Of a stretch of 64,000 nt of DNA, positions 11,301 to 23,414 are shown piece by piece. The DNA is from Takakia lepidozioides. Lineage: Eukaryota > Plantae > Bryophyta. A model generated the notes under the pieces. That model ran no database searches and had not been told where the DNA came from. It saw only the letters and a list, made by a program, of their open reading frames with translations. Within the stretch, counting starts at the first letter, position 1, and each line of letters begins with the position of its first letter. Location of the stretch: contig CM060734.1 of NCBI GenBank assembly GCA_030704615.1, forward strand, positions 41,664,001 to 41,728,000, given 5' to 3'. Position numbers and translations under genes: made by a program.

Positions 11301-14300
11301 AGCAATGAAGACTCAAGATTTCACTCCCCAAATGCGCAAGTTCTTTGCCTATGCACTTGTAGAGGGCCAAGATCCCTACCTTGAGTACATCTTGCAGGTA
11401 CGCGATATCCAATTGTTCAAGATTTAATCTCCAAGGATGCCAATAATTTGCTCATGCGTTTGAGGAAGTCGATCTCTATGTCTATAGTACTTAGAAAGGA
11501 ATCGAGGATGGCTTTCAAGATCGAGTGCCCACATTGCATCTCTAATTTTGAACTCGATTTGACACCCCAGGTTCTTGGGCTGAAAAGCATAGAGCATCAA
11601 CTAGTGGGCGCCGGCCAAGATGGAATCACTGAGAACGACAGAGACCGTCTGACAACGGCAGAGATTGCAATGGGATCGTACTCCGTCATGCTGTATGACC
11701 AGCCTTGTAGTCGGCAGGAGTCTCTGGCCACATACGATCTAGTGTACACGTTACGTGCCATCAGTCGCATCCAGCAATGCTCCGCAGTGATGTCGCTAGT
11801 TCAGCTCTCCCCTGAAGTATTCGACCTGTTCGACCGGGTCATACTCTTGGGTGATGGGGAGCTCCTCTATCAAGGTCCTCGCCAGGATGTACTCCACTAC
11901 TTTTCCCACCTCGGGTATGTACAACCTGAACCCGCCGCAGAAGATCTTCTAAGAAAATTGAAGCAATTGTAAGCATCTGTACAGAGGATCGACCAGCAAG
12001 CAAATTTCCAGGGCTATATGTAAGTAGTCACAAACATGTACATATGCATGTGCACACATGTATACTTAAGTACTTGTACTCAAGCTGGAAGCTTTCGGAG
12101 AAGTTTACTTCACTTGCTCAAGCGATCCTCCTAATTCATATAAATTGTAACACATGATGTGGGCTCTCCAACGACGCCTTCCGTCATTACAACATGGAAG
12201 TCTAGAGCGTGTCTAGAGCACTCATGTGTTCATTTCTTGCAGATTTCAAAAGCCGCCCCATGTGGATGCCTGTGACTTTCTTCAAGAGATTGCCGCATGT
12301 GAAGGCCACCAATATATGGAGGCTGGGCGGTCGGCACCCCGCTTGGAGGACCTAGTTCATGCCTATAAATCCTCGGACCTTCACAAGGATGTGATGCGCA
12401 TTGTAAGGAGTGCAGATGTGTTGCACACATTTTGGGTGGAAAGTGAGCCCAATTTGGGCCTGTCAATTTGCAAGCATCCAAAGAACTTCAAGGACCCTAA
12501 CAGATCCTCTGATTCGATTGAAGGAGTCCCAGGTAAACTGCTCCAGCTCAAATTTCGATCTTGATCTAGTTGTACTTTTTGCAATGTCTACAGTACATGT
12601 ATAACTAGAGCTCACCTCGAGCTCACGAGTAAAATATTGGACACCTCAAGTCTGATTCCGCGGGGTGTTTCATGAGGATGAATTAATTGTGAAACCTGTG
12701 ATCACCTCCATATAGCTCTAGAGACAACAATTATTCGCTTCGTTGGAGTCTCAATGATTTATTATTGTTAAGGAATTCATATGCAGACTCCATGCATTTG
12801 GAGTGCATTTGCAACGAAACTCGAACCTCTGAACCTCTGTAACATTCAACCCGAGTCAAATGTCGTGGAAGAAAGCACACTCAAGTTCATGTGTCGATAA
12901 CTAACTGGGTAGAATTGTTTTCTGAGAACTTGGACAGTTTCTGGAATCAAATGAGGCTTTAAAAAGCAACCGGAATTGAAATACGGCCCAGGTTGAATTA
13001 TGTTCAGTGGTTCTTGCAGAGGTGGTGGTAGCACAGTTGTCCAGCAAAGTGGACCACACGCAAGGAATTGAGAGCACCAGCCGCATTCAGGTAGGCAAAG
13101 TTAGCTCACTTGGTTGAACATTGTGTATTTTTTCATCTGGCATCTTTCTCTCCTTCTTAGCTGTCTATTCTACAAGTTCTGATTGCACAGGCTGCGCTAC
13201 ACCCTTTCTACCACTCGATGATATCAAATCATGCGATCTGACTAACAATATTAAAATTTCTAGATCCTCAGGGGAGCTAGTGGCATACTGCTCAAGACGA
13301 TCAGCCAACCTCAAGTTCCTCCACGAACTGCACTAGACATGAATCCCATACTGTATCTCTCTTTCGTGGACCTCATGATCCTTTCTTTCTTGCCACGGTC
13401 GGCATAAATTTTCTTCCTTTCAAGATTTTCTTTCTCCTATCAGGTCAGGCTAATCAAGTGAAGTTCTGGACGTGCCCAGCGTACCAAAGTGTACTCACTA
13501 GGAAAGCATGGAACTGTTTGTGAGCAGGTGGGCGACGTCGTGACAGGCATATCAGTGCCAGGGTTAGACATGCAGTACTTGGCAGTGGGGTCCAGCGACG
13601 ATAAGCGTGTCAGAACTTCAGGGGTGATGAAGATTCTGGCCAATGCCCGTGGCCATGTCCGGCTGCAAGTCGAGCGCCGCCGAGTACGTTCTGCATTGAA
13701 CCTTCTTTTGCCGGGCAGTTTCATTCAAGTCCCCTGAACCAAGTCCGACCCTGGGACCAGTATTCTGTGTCTTTGGCCTGTCGTGACATACCCCATTTAC
13801 ATCAGAGATCCAAGTTCAGTCGTGCAGGAAGTGCCAAACTCTCGAACGGAACGTCTTAGATCAGTGCTGCAATCAAGTGTTTCGTAACACTTGAGTCTTT
13901 GACAGCACTCGGAGCCATTTGTTTTCTAAGTGTAGGGGACCTCATCGAAAACACATGTGACCAGTGCAGCCAAAAATATTTAGGTACCTTGAATGGGTAG
14001 CCAGGGGGGAGCCCGGGTAAAAGATCAGCAATGACGAGACATCACGATTGACTTCCAGGCACAGTCTAAATTGAAATTGTGCTTACCTGACACAGAATCT
14101 CGACGAGGACCTCTACTACGACGACGAGGAAGATACCGATGGGTTAAATGCTCAACAACATTATATCCAAAACTGGCGCGAATCAACCCGTACACTGATT
14201 GCCCGTCAGCTTAAGGTCGCCTATCGCCTGCGGATCCTCATTCTTCTTCGCTTAATGCAGGTAAAACTTCCTCCGTGATCAGGACTACCGCCTTACATAT

Positions 14301-17300
14301 TGGCTGTAGGTCCAATACGATGACGAAGGGCTCCAAGAATATGGAGCTCTAGTTAAATATATGAATTGTATGCGTGGCTCTGGTGGAGGACCCAAAACTC
14401 AAAAAATTTGCGGGCCAAAATGATCTGCAGGCACGAAAGGTAGCTCCTCATTTCAGGCTGCTCTTGAGTTGTATGACATGTAAGTGAATTAGACAAGTTT
14501 GAAGTCTGGACACCTAATGTTGCCAATCCTTGTACGGACAGGTAGTGATTTTGGGAGTGTGCACAGGGACAATTTTCTTCAAGCTTGGCGGGAAACCTGA
14601 TCTGCTGGACATGAATTCTATCCGAGGCCTGGGCTTCGCAGCGACAATGGCACTGTTGATGATCAATCTAGTGCAGCTGCCATTGTATATGATGCAAAGA
14701 CCCATATTCTACAAACAGCGAGATCAGAGATTTTTCAGATCTTCCTCATATGTTCTGGCACACACTGTCGTAAGTCTTCCCCAGTCTATTCTTGAGGTAA
14801 GCAAACACTGGACTTTGAAGGAAAGGAAGATAGCCAAATTTTTTGTAATACGTTAGGTTTAAAAGCCTCAGATCGCTCGGAGGGCAACTTAAGGCCAGTT
14901 AAATTTACTTTTGAAGCAAAGCTCTCTAGAAATCTGGTGAATGGAAGTAATGGGGGCATCCAGTCCGTTTCCTCGTACAGCCTCGTACTCACCTCTTAAC
15001 TAGCACACAAACTTATCCCAGTCACCGTGAACGTCCTAATAAGTGACTTAGGAGAACGTCGTTTCTGACGTTCCTGGTGTAAAAAGAAAAAAAAGTAAGG
15101 AAAACGCTTAGGGGTGGATGATAAAAACATTCATCCAAAATTTGAATGGATGAAAAATCGGGCAACAAACCCTAGATCCCTGCTAGAGCAGATTCTTTCG
15201 AAATCAAGCAACTACTCAGCCTGCGACGAGAGAGAGCGCGTTGCAGGAGGCAGATTCATGCTGCTGGGTGAGGAAAAACACAAGCGAGGTAGCTGTTGAG
15301 TGGCGTGGAATCATTATTGGGTGGCAGCAAGCAACATTCAGCTCAGTCCCACTTGTCTGGAAACTAAACACCTGCACTAGTTCGGACAGCAATGTTGCAT
15401 CCTCTTTTAGGAAGAGAGCACCAAAATTTTCTCCAAGCCTGCACTTGAATGATCATTGGTTGACTGTATCAATGCTCCAGTCCAGCATGAAAAATGTTGG
15501 GAAGTCAAGTGCAAACATTGTGGAAAAGAATTCAAGGTAGGGCCTGTTGGTCTCGTATTAGAGAGCATTATTTCGGAGAAGAGAACATTGAGGTGTGCAC
15601 CAGTGTCAGTGAGGAGATTTTAGCACCTGTGAGGGTAGTTGTGGACAAAATGAACCTAGAGAGAGCAACTACCAAGAGAAAAACAGAGGAAAGAGCCTCC
15701 CTGTCAAGTAAGAAATCATTGAGTGCTTCACAACCTACATTAGCTGCATCTTGGCAAGCTGCAAAGATGCGAAAACAAGATGTAGACCAAGCTGTTGCAC
15801 GTTTCTATTACTCATGTGGGGTTCCTTTCAACTATGCAAGGACCCCATATTTTCAGAGTATGATATCAGCCATTTCGAACTATGGGGCATGTTATAAAGC
15901 ACCTGGTTCAGAGCAGTTACGCACCACTTTGTTGCAGGATGTCAAAAAAGAGTTGAACAAAGACTTACAGCCCATCATAGAGTCTTGGAACAAAACCGGA
16001 TGCACATTGACTTGTGATGGGTGGTCTAATACCACCAATAGACCTCTACTTAATGCACTGTGTGTATCACCCAAAGGAGAGTTTTTCAAGAAGGCTATTG
16101 ATACGAGTGGACAAGAAAAAACAAGTGAGTACATCTCACAACAAATGATAGATGTCATGGAGGAGATAGGGTCTCAAAATGTTGTTCAGGTTGTCACAGA
16201 CAATGCAGCTGTCTGCAAGAGAGCCGGGAGACTCATAGAAGAGAAGTACCCTCACATTACATTTTCAGGATGTACTACACATTGCCTTGATTTGTGACAT
16301 TGGCAACTTAAAGTTGGTTTCCTTTGTCAAAGAAGGAAAGTCTGTGGTGAAGTTTATCACAAATCATCACCGCAGTCAAGCTCTTTTTCAGGAGTATTCT
16401 TTGAGAGACAAAGGAGTGGAGCTCCTCAAACCGGGAGAGAGACGATTTGGGATATTTTTCATCATGCTTAAACGATTGTTGAAGGTGAAAACACCACTTC
16501 AACAAATGATTGTTAGCAGGGAATGGCACAATTGGGATCAATCACGCAGCTCGGAGGGGGAAACAATTGCTGATAACCTACTGGCTCCTAGATTTTGGAA
16601 GAACTTGGAGCTCATTGTTGAGATTTCAGAACCCATCTTCACCTTGTTGCACATGGTTGATTCTAACATGCCAACATGGGAAAATTTTATAAGAAAATGG
16701 ATCAGTTCATTGAAAAAATGCATAGCTTATCAGGGCTGTCAACAGAGAAGAAGGAACAAGTTGTGGACATTTTGTAGGACAGATGGTTATTTATCCACAG
16801 TCCACTGCATTGTGCCGGATTTGTTTTAGACCCCGAGTGGAGAGGAAAGGGTCAAGCGGGAGACAAAGAGGTTATGAAAGAGTTTCGTATAATCCGGGAC
16901 AAATTCTATCCTGATGTTCAAAGTCAGGTTCTAGTGGAGAAGCAACTATCTACATTTTCGTAACATGGAAAGATTATTTTCTGATCCCGCTGTATCATTG
17001 GTGGCCAAAGAAGTTGTAGGTCATATTTGGTGGGAGTCTTATGGGGCTAAAACTCCAGAGCTTGAGAAGATTGCTATTAGAGTTCTTGCTCAAATTACTC
17101 CAACATCTTCATGTGAAAGAAACTGGAGTACATTTGAGTACATTCATTTTAAAAAGCGCAATTGTTTGACTTCTTCTAAAGCAGCTGATATTGTACATGT
17201 TTTTAACAACATTCAATTGCGAGATAAAGTTTTTGACCCTCACTATAAAGAGGAGTTTCTAGACTGGTCGGAGAGTGAGGATAGCGAGGAAGAGATTTGA

Positions 17301-20300
17301 GCTATGTATGTAGCATTATGTGTGCTCATACTGTGATGAATAAAATTCGTTCGTTGCTCATGCAGTTTTCTGTTACGTTTTCCAATTTCCTCTTCATTGA
17401 GAACTCCCGTTTTTTACGTTTTCAAGAATTGTTTTTTTGAACGCGTTTTCCGTTCGCGGTGACTGGGCAACTTATCTAGACCTGTCTCATTGAGAACTAG
17501 AATTCATCGATAAACATCGTATCCAGGGAGCAGCCTATCCCCGTGAAAGTTTTCAAAAGTCCTGCACTGATGTGTTAAAACATTCCAGGCATGTGTATAC
17601 AGCGCTTGTCTCTACTTTGCGGCAAGCCTTTCTACAAAGGGCAATGGGATCCACTTCTTCCAGCACATGTTGGTGATGTGCCTCGTCGCCTTCTTTGGTT
17701 CATCGCTTGTGTTCCTCCTCAGTGCTATTGCACCAATCCTCGAGGCTGCCAATGCCATGTCTGGTATGGAATCTCTCCTTCTTAGCACCATTGTCTCTCT
17801 GTTTCTTTGTTTCGCCAATCTACGGCATCTGGATTCTGGACGTCAGAGCAGAATCTCATCACTCTCTCTCACTTGCGTCCCTTGGCGGATATATGAATTT
17901 CTTTCTTTGAGTCTTTACTCCATTTCTTTTTTTATTCAGGACTCCTTTCTTAAATTGTCCTGTAGATGTAAGGTTTTTCTTTTTTTTTGAGTTGTTTGTG
18001 GGCTGCTGCCTATCGGAGCACCTTCTTATATTTACAGCGCTCGCCATCATGACATGTACATCAAATCCAACTATTCAACAAGCTAATAGCTTATATTTAC
18101 CAGTGTTGAGAATCCTCTCCCTCATTTCCATCTTTACTCCTCTGATCAGGCTTTTTGGTGGCATCATTTGCAGGATTGTTGTTTTCGTTAATTCTGTTGT
18201 TCGCAGGCTTTGTTATCTTCCCATCGAACATGCCTCGATACTGGAGATGGCTGCTCTATGTGAACCCCCTCCACTGGGCAAACCTCCTCTTTTGTATGAT
18301 TCAATATCAATCATACAAGCAACCATGCTCGGAGTTCATTCATGAACTCTATTTCTGCTATACTTATCCCAATGATACAGTTGGCAGTGCCTACCTTAAA
18401 CATTTTGAGATGCAAACTGAAGGGCAATGGTTATGGTTCTCATATTTGATACTGGTGGGTTGGATTCTAGTTGTTAACCTTCTCTCCTACCTGGCCCATA
18501 AGAAACTTCACTTTACCTCTGCGGCCCCCTCACTTCCCCAACAGACGATGTCCAAATCACAAAGTATGTCAAATACAGCGGTACCTGGGCCAATCAGTAG
18601 CAGCTGTGTTGACAAAGCTATGGACGATCCTTCCATATCTGGAATCTCATGGACAACGATGGTGAAGCAAGGCCAAGAGATTGTAACAACAGTGGGAGAA
18701 GACTGGGAGAAAGAGGACCTAGAATTTGGTTCAGATCAAGCAGAGACAGATGTCGTCGAAGCAACCCCTCGACAAGCATGGAAGGCATCACATATCCCGG
18801 TCAAGCCACTAACACTGTCTTTCTACAATCTTGTTTATCGAATTAGGGACCCCCGTGCAGTACAGGAAAGGATATTGTTGAATGGGATATCTGGATATGC
18901 TAAACCTGGCACCATGCTAGCTCTCATGGGGAGCACCAAATGTGGAAAGACAACATTGCTTAGCTGCCTTGCTGGCAGAGTTGAAAAGGGGGAGCTGAAA
19001 GGTGAGATTCTAGTTAATGGATTCAAGCTAAATGCGGCAACATTTTCTCGCTGCTGTGGGTTTGTTGAGAGATTAGATGCACACCAGCCATTCCTGACTG
19101 TTCGGGAGAGCCTAGAATTTAGTGCAAGCCTTCGATTGGGTGACCCTTCCGTAACACCAGAGGAAAGACATGCACATGTCCGACTTATCACGGGCCTCCT
19201 GAATCTATCAAGCGTGGGCAACCAATTGGTGGGGTCCCTAAGGGACGGCACCGGTAGGACATTTGAAATTGCAAAGAAGCTCACCATAGCTGTAGAGCTT
19301 GCAGCAAATCCAAGCATTCTTTTCTTGGATGAACCCACCTCGGGGCTAGACATTGTGGGAGCTCGCAACATCATTCATGGGATACAAACAATTGCAAAAA
19401 CCGGACGTACGATAATCACCACAATCCAAAATCCAAGCTCGCGAATGCTTAGTGCCTTCAACAGTGTGATCATCTTGAAGCAGGGTGGAGAACAAGCTTA
19501 TTTTGGTCCTGTAGAGTGGAATTGCAGCCAGCTCCTGGAATATATCAGCTCCATACCCAAAGTGCCAAAGTACGACCAAAAGCAAAACCCAGTAACTTTT
19601 GTGTCAGACTTGCTTGGGGAAGGAATCAAAAGGAGACAACCACTCCAAAATTTTGCTATCATCTATGAAAACAGCCCACTGGCAGGCCTCAATGCCGAAG
19701 AGTTGACCAGGCTTCGCAAACAAGTGAAGAAAAACGCACCGAAACCAGTGGAGTCAAGGTTTGCAGCACCCTATACAAGGCAGGCTGCAATGGTGTTCCT
19801 CCGGACACAACGGTTTCTCTATAGGAACGTTTCATACACGTTTGGTAAGGTGACAGGGTCTGTAGCTCTTGGATTGGTGATGGGCTCACTTTACTACCAA
19901 ATTGGCCAGAGCAATACCTACACGCTTACATCACGCTCTCTCTTCATCTATATTCAGGTACGAATCATTATAATCATGCTTTCTTTTTATCCCACAATCA
20001 ACCATTCTCAACGAAAAGTTTTTTCCTCCTTCACTTATGCAGCCACTACTTAAACAAGATGAAAGGAGCAAAAGAGGTTGTTGAGTAGGCATGCATCAAA
20101 GAAACCAAATCTACAGCACACGAGTTCCTTCTTGATAGTCACAGATTTGTTAGCTGCATCTATTGAGTCATATTGGCTAGGATATTACACATGACAGGAC
20201 CCAACCGACTCATTCATTGCACTTTGCAGGTGGTGCTTATCGGCGTTGTCACATCCACCAACGTCATCCCACAAATTGGCACGGATCGGCTTGCTTACTT

Positions 20301-20946
20301 TCGGGAGAAGAGAGCAGGGATGTACGCTCCCATTTTCTACCCGGTCTCATGGGCAGTGGCAGAAATCCCCTATGTTCTACTCTCAACTCTAGTATTTGTC
20401 GCCATAGCTAATGGGATGGCAGGCATAGCAACCGACACAGTGCTACACTTTGTGGAGTACTGGCTATGCTTGTTTGTCTTCACACTCTCAGTCACATACT
20501 TCGCTATGTTGTTGACCATAGCGACCTCAGCTCCCATGGTGGCCGCATTTGCTGTCTCCATCATCACCTCTATTTGGATAGCCACATCCGGCGTGGTTGT
20601 ACCAAAGCTTCGAATACCCTCCAGTTATACTTGGCTCTTCTGGGCCAACCCATTCCAGTATGTCACCAACAGTCTCACCTCCATTGGCTTCTACTGCGAC
20701 ACAAACACACCTGCTTGCTTGGCATGTGTGCCCAAAGTTCCGTGCCCACATTGCCCGTGTGCTCGCTTGGCAGATTTGCCCGCACAAACGTTTGCATGGG
20801 ACCGACTGAGATACACGCGCTCGCTGGAATACAGTCGCATCCCACTTGATTTCGCAGCACTGGCGGGCATGAGCACCATTTTTGCTCTGCTTGCCTTTAT
20901 CTCCTTTGTGGCATTCAAGCACAACAGCAAACCCGTTGTACACTAA
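8334..20946 (+). CDS. Full-size ABCG (PDR-type, NBD-TMD-NBD-TMD) transporter, ~1710 aa, with an inserted PDZ-like domain and degenerate ATPase motifs
   Basis: 15 phase-compatible GT-AG exons: 8334-8618, 9134-9502, 9664-9877, 10289-10314, 10774-10901, 11244-11397, 11571-11914, 12243-12532, 13020-13090, 13528-13683, 14096-14260, 14542-14796, 17589-17763, 18174-19957, 20230-20946 (5133 nt). PDR hallmarks: LLLGPPGSGKS, FDLFDRVILL, RPIFYKQRD, LTIAVELAANPSILFLDEPTSGLD, REKRAGMY. Exon 1 and the start codon are the least certain parts. Confidence 0.88.
15017..17467 (+). mobile_element. hAT DNA transposon with a frameshifted DUF659/hAT-dimerisation transposase, in intron 12 of the ABCG gene
   Basis: 17-bp TIR CCCAGTCACCG(T/C)GAACG at 15017-15033 and 17451-17467; 8-bp TSD aaacttat/caacttat (7/8). 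ORF pieces 15494-16297, 16287-16829 and 16965-17300 contain CDGWS, VQVVTDNA and WWESYG...SSCERNWSTF. Confidence 0.92.
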
Positions 20947-21446
20947 ATTTTGCTTCTTAACTCTTCATCATTCTTTCTTTCTTTGCTTACGTCAAGCGAG
21001 TGACCTCCTCTATGGTGCTACCCATATTTCTTGAGAAAATCACTATTGCATCTGGTCCCTCGCACCTTTTTTAGCAGATTGTAGCGACCACCATGCACTC
21101 CTCCAGCATTGCTAGGGAGGTTTCAAATTTATTATCATCAGGGTACACTCCACTAGAAAGAAAACTAATTTATCTAAAGTTTTATAAATTTCACGCGTTT
21201 TGGTGTCGACATAGACACCATTCACATGTCACTACCTAAATGTTCTAGATGAGTTGTTTCAATTAGGTATGATCATACCTACCGCATGTGAAACGAATAT
21301 TCTTTTCGTGGAATATGACAATGTGAGAGAGAGAGAAGACTCCAGCCGAAACCGGCGTAACTAAGAGCCACTTCATCTCACGGCTGCTGCCCCTTTTGGA
21401 GGTGGGCTTTATTTGCTTTATAAATTGTAACTTGCAGTACTCATAA

Positions 21447-22688
21447 GAGCATCCCCCCTCTACGCCTCTATGGACCCATGCACATGTACTTTTCTTATAT
21501 AGGTTCAAATTTCCTTGCAAACGTACCACACTCTTGCCCCGCTACCGTATCTGCCGTAAAGGGCGGACCCTGAACCCCTTCTCTTTCACTTTTTTTCCTG
21601 CACGATATGTGTAACCTAACTCGTCCCGCAACCGAGTCATCCTGACCATGAATATGTCAGAGCGTGCCTCCCAGCCTCTCACTTCCAAGACACCTGCAGT
21701 GCTTCCAGAGCCAAGGAAGAGCAAGAAAATGGGCAAACATGTACTAAATTGTATTGAGTACAATGTCATTAGCAATTCATTGCTAATACATACCGGAACT
21801 TGTCAAAGGTCAAACCTCTTCTCAAATGAGCTCCATGACGAAAATCAAATTGACCTTCAAAGTAAGTATCACATTCGTCCTCAATTATCATATTATGCAA
21901 TATGACACATGCAACCATGATGTCTGTAATGGTGTTTAGATCCCATTGTCTATAGGGGTTCCGAATGATATCAAATCGGCCTTGCAACACACCAAATGCC
22001 CTCTCTACATCTTTGTGGGCAAAGTCCTGCAACATAGCAAAATGTTGTCTCTTCTCATCCTCAAGCTCACGGATTGTTTGGACAAAGCACGACCATGGAG
22101 GGTAGATACCATCTTGCAAGTAAGTAATATGGAGGATAGACATTGCCCATGATAGTGAAGCTGACATCAATGACAGAGCCCCTCAAATAATTTGCAATTA
22201 GCGGCGAACGATCAAGAACATTGATATCATTGTCTTCCAGCTGCAGTACCTAACGCATACTATGTATGCATCTTCATAAGAAAACTTGGACCCGTACTAA
22301 CTCTTCCATAATGACAGCCTCTAATCTGTCATCACCTCACGCCTCCAGTCATCCATACTGTATATTGTATAGAAATTGAAAGCACAATGGTACAAAGGTG
22401 AGCCATGGGGAAGTAGAGATGACGGAGGTAGAAAAATGCTGGACTCAAGAGTTCTGACGGGGATGATGAAGGCAGGCAGTCGGTGGGGAACGTGATTGAG
22501 GAGCGTATGAGAACGTCGTTGGGAACTCCAGCAAGGCAGGAATATAGGATACAGGGGCATAACGAGGGGCAAGGGTGTGGCTTTGAGCAGCCGACCCCTT
22601 CACAAACCTTTTGAGAGCCTTGAACCAATCCCTTTGAGATAGCCATGATAGAGGCCGGGTCGTTTCAGTGAGAAGGGTGGGGATGCTC
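21447..22688 (-). mobile_element. Internally deleted PIF/Harbinger transposon
   Basis: TIR GAGCATCCCC / GGGGATGCTC with a TAA TSD on both sides (21444-21446, 22689-22691). DDE transposase fragment at 21769-22170 (DGIYP...KDVERAFGVLQGRF...ACVILHNMIIEDE). Confidence 0.92.
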
Positions 22689-22795
22689 TAACACAATACA
22701 CAAAGAACTTGGACAACACCGAATGCTTATCAAATGACTCTCATTAGTTCTTTATCTTCTCTCTACACGAATGATCTCTCTCTCACCTTAACATA

Positions 22796-23414
22796 CCGTA
22801 GTGGGATAGCTGGTTAGGCAGAAATTAACTCGAAAAAAAAAAACCTAAAAAATAAATTATTCTTGACAAGAGTGCCTAATTTCATAAAATTATCTTCAAA
22901 GAGTGCCTAATTTTCAAAATTTTCTCTAAACATGCGTATGGTATTAAAAATTTAATTTAAATTAGGGGAAAAAAGGAAAAATCTAAAAATGATATTCATT
23001 TAAAACGTCATCCATGGACCATGAACTCAGTTTTCAATTTTCATTCATGGCAGCGGCTGAGTTTTCATTTAGAACGTCATCCATGGACTCAATTTTCAGT
23101 TTTCATCCATGGCAGTGGCTGAGTTTTCATTTAGAACGTCATCAATGGACTCAGTTTTTAATTTTCATTCATGGCTGAGTTTTCATTTAGAACTTCATCC
23201 ATGGACTCTGTTTTCAATTTCCATCCATGGCAGCGGCTTATTTATATATTTTTGTGTTTTCATTTTGTGATCATTGTTTTCAGCTGCCTAATTTGAAAAA
23301 ATTACACATCCGAGATGCCTAATTTAAATTTTTTTCTCAAAAGTGCCTAACTACCAAATGGCCCCACAAATAATTATTAGGCAGGCAAGTGCCTAACCGG
23401 CTATCCCACTACGG
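22796..23414. mobile_element. TA-flanked MITE (Tc1/mariner-pogo type) with an internal minisatellite
   Basis: 25-bp TIR CCGTAGTGGGATAG(T/C)-type (24/25 match), TA on both sides, repeated TGCCTAA subterminal motifs, and ~4 copies of a ~60-bp unit at ~22995-23240. Confidence 0.85.

Noticed and set aside
18835-19374. Antisense ORFs over ABCG, PPR and LINE coding regions
   Set aside because: Shadow ORFs of real coding sequence with no independent motifs.
22995-23240. CRISPR-like repeat array
   Set aside because: The units are contiguous ~60-bp tandem repeats without unique spacers, inside a eukaryotic MITE.
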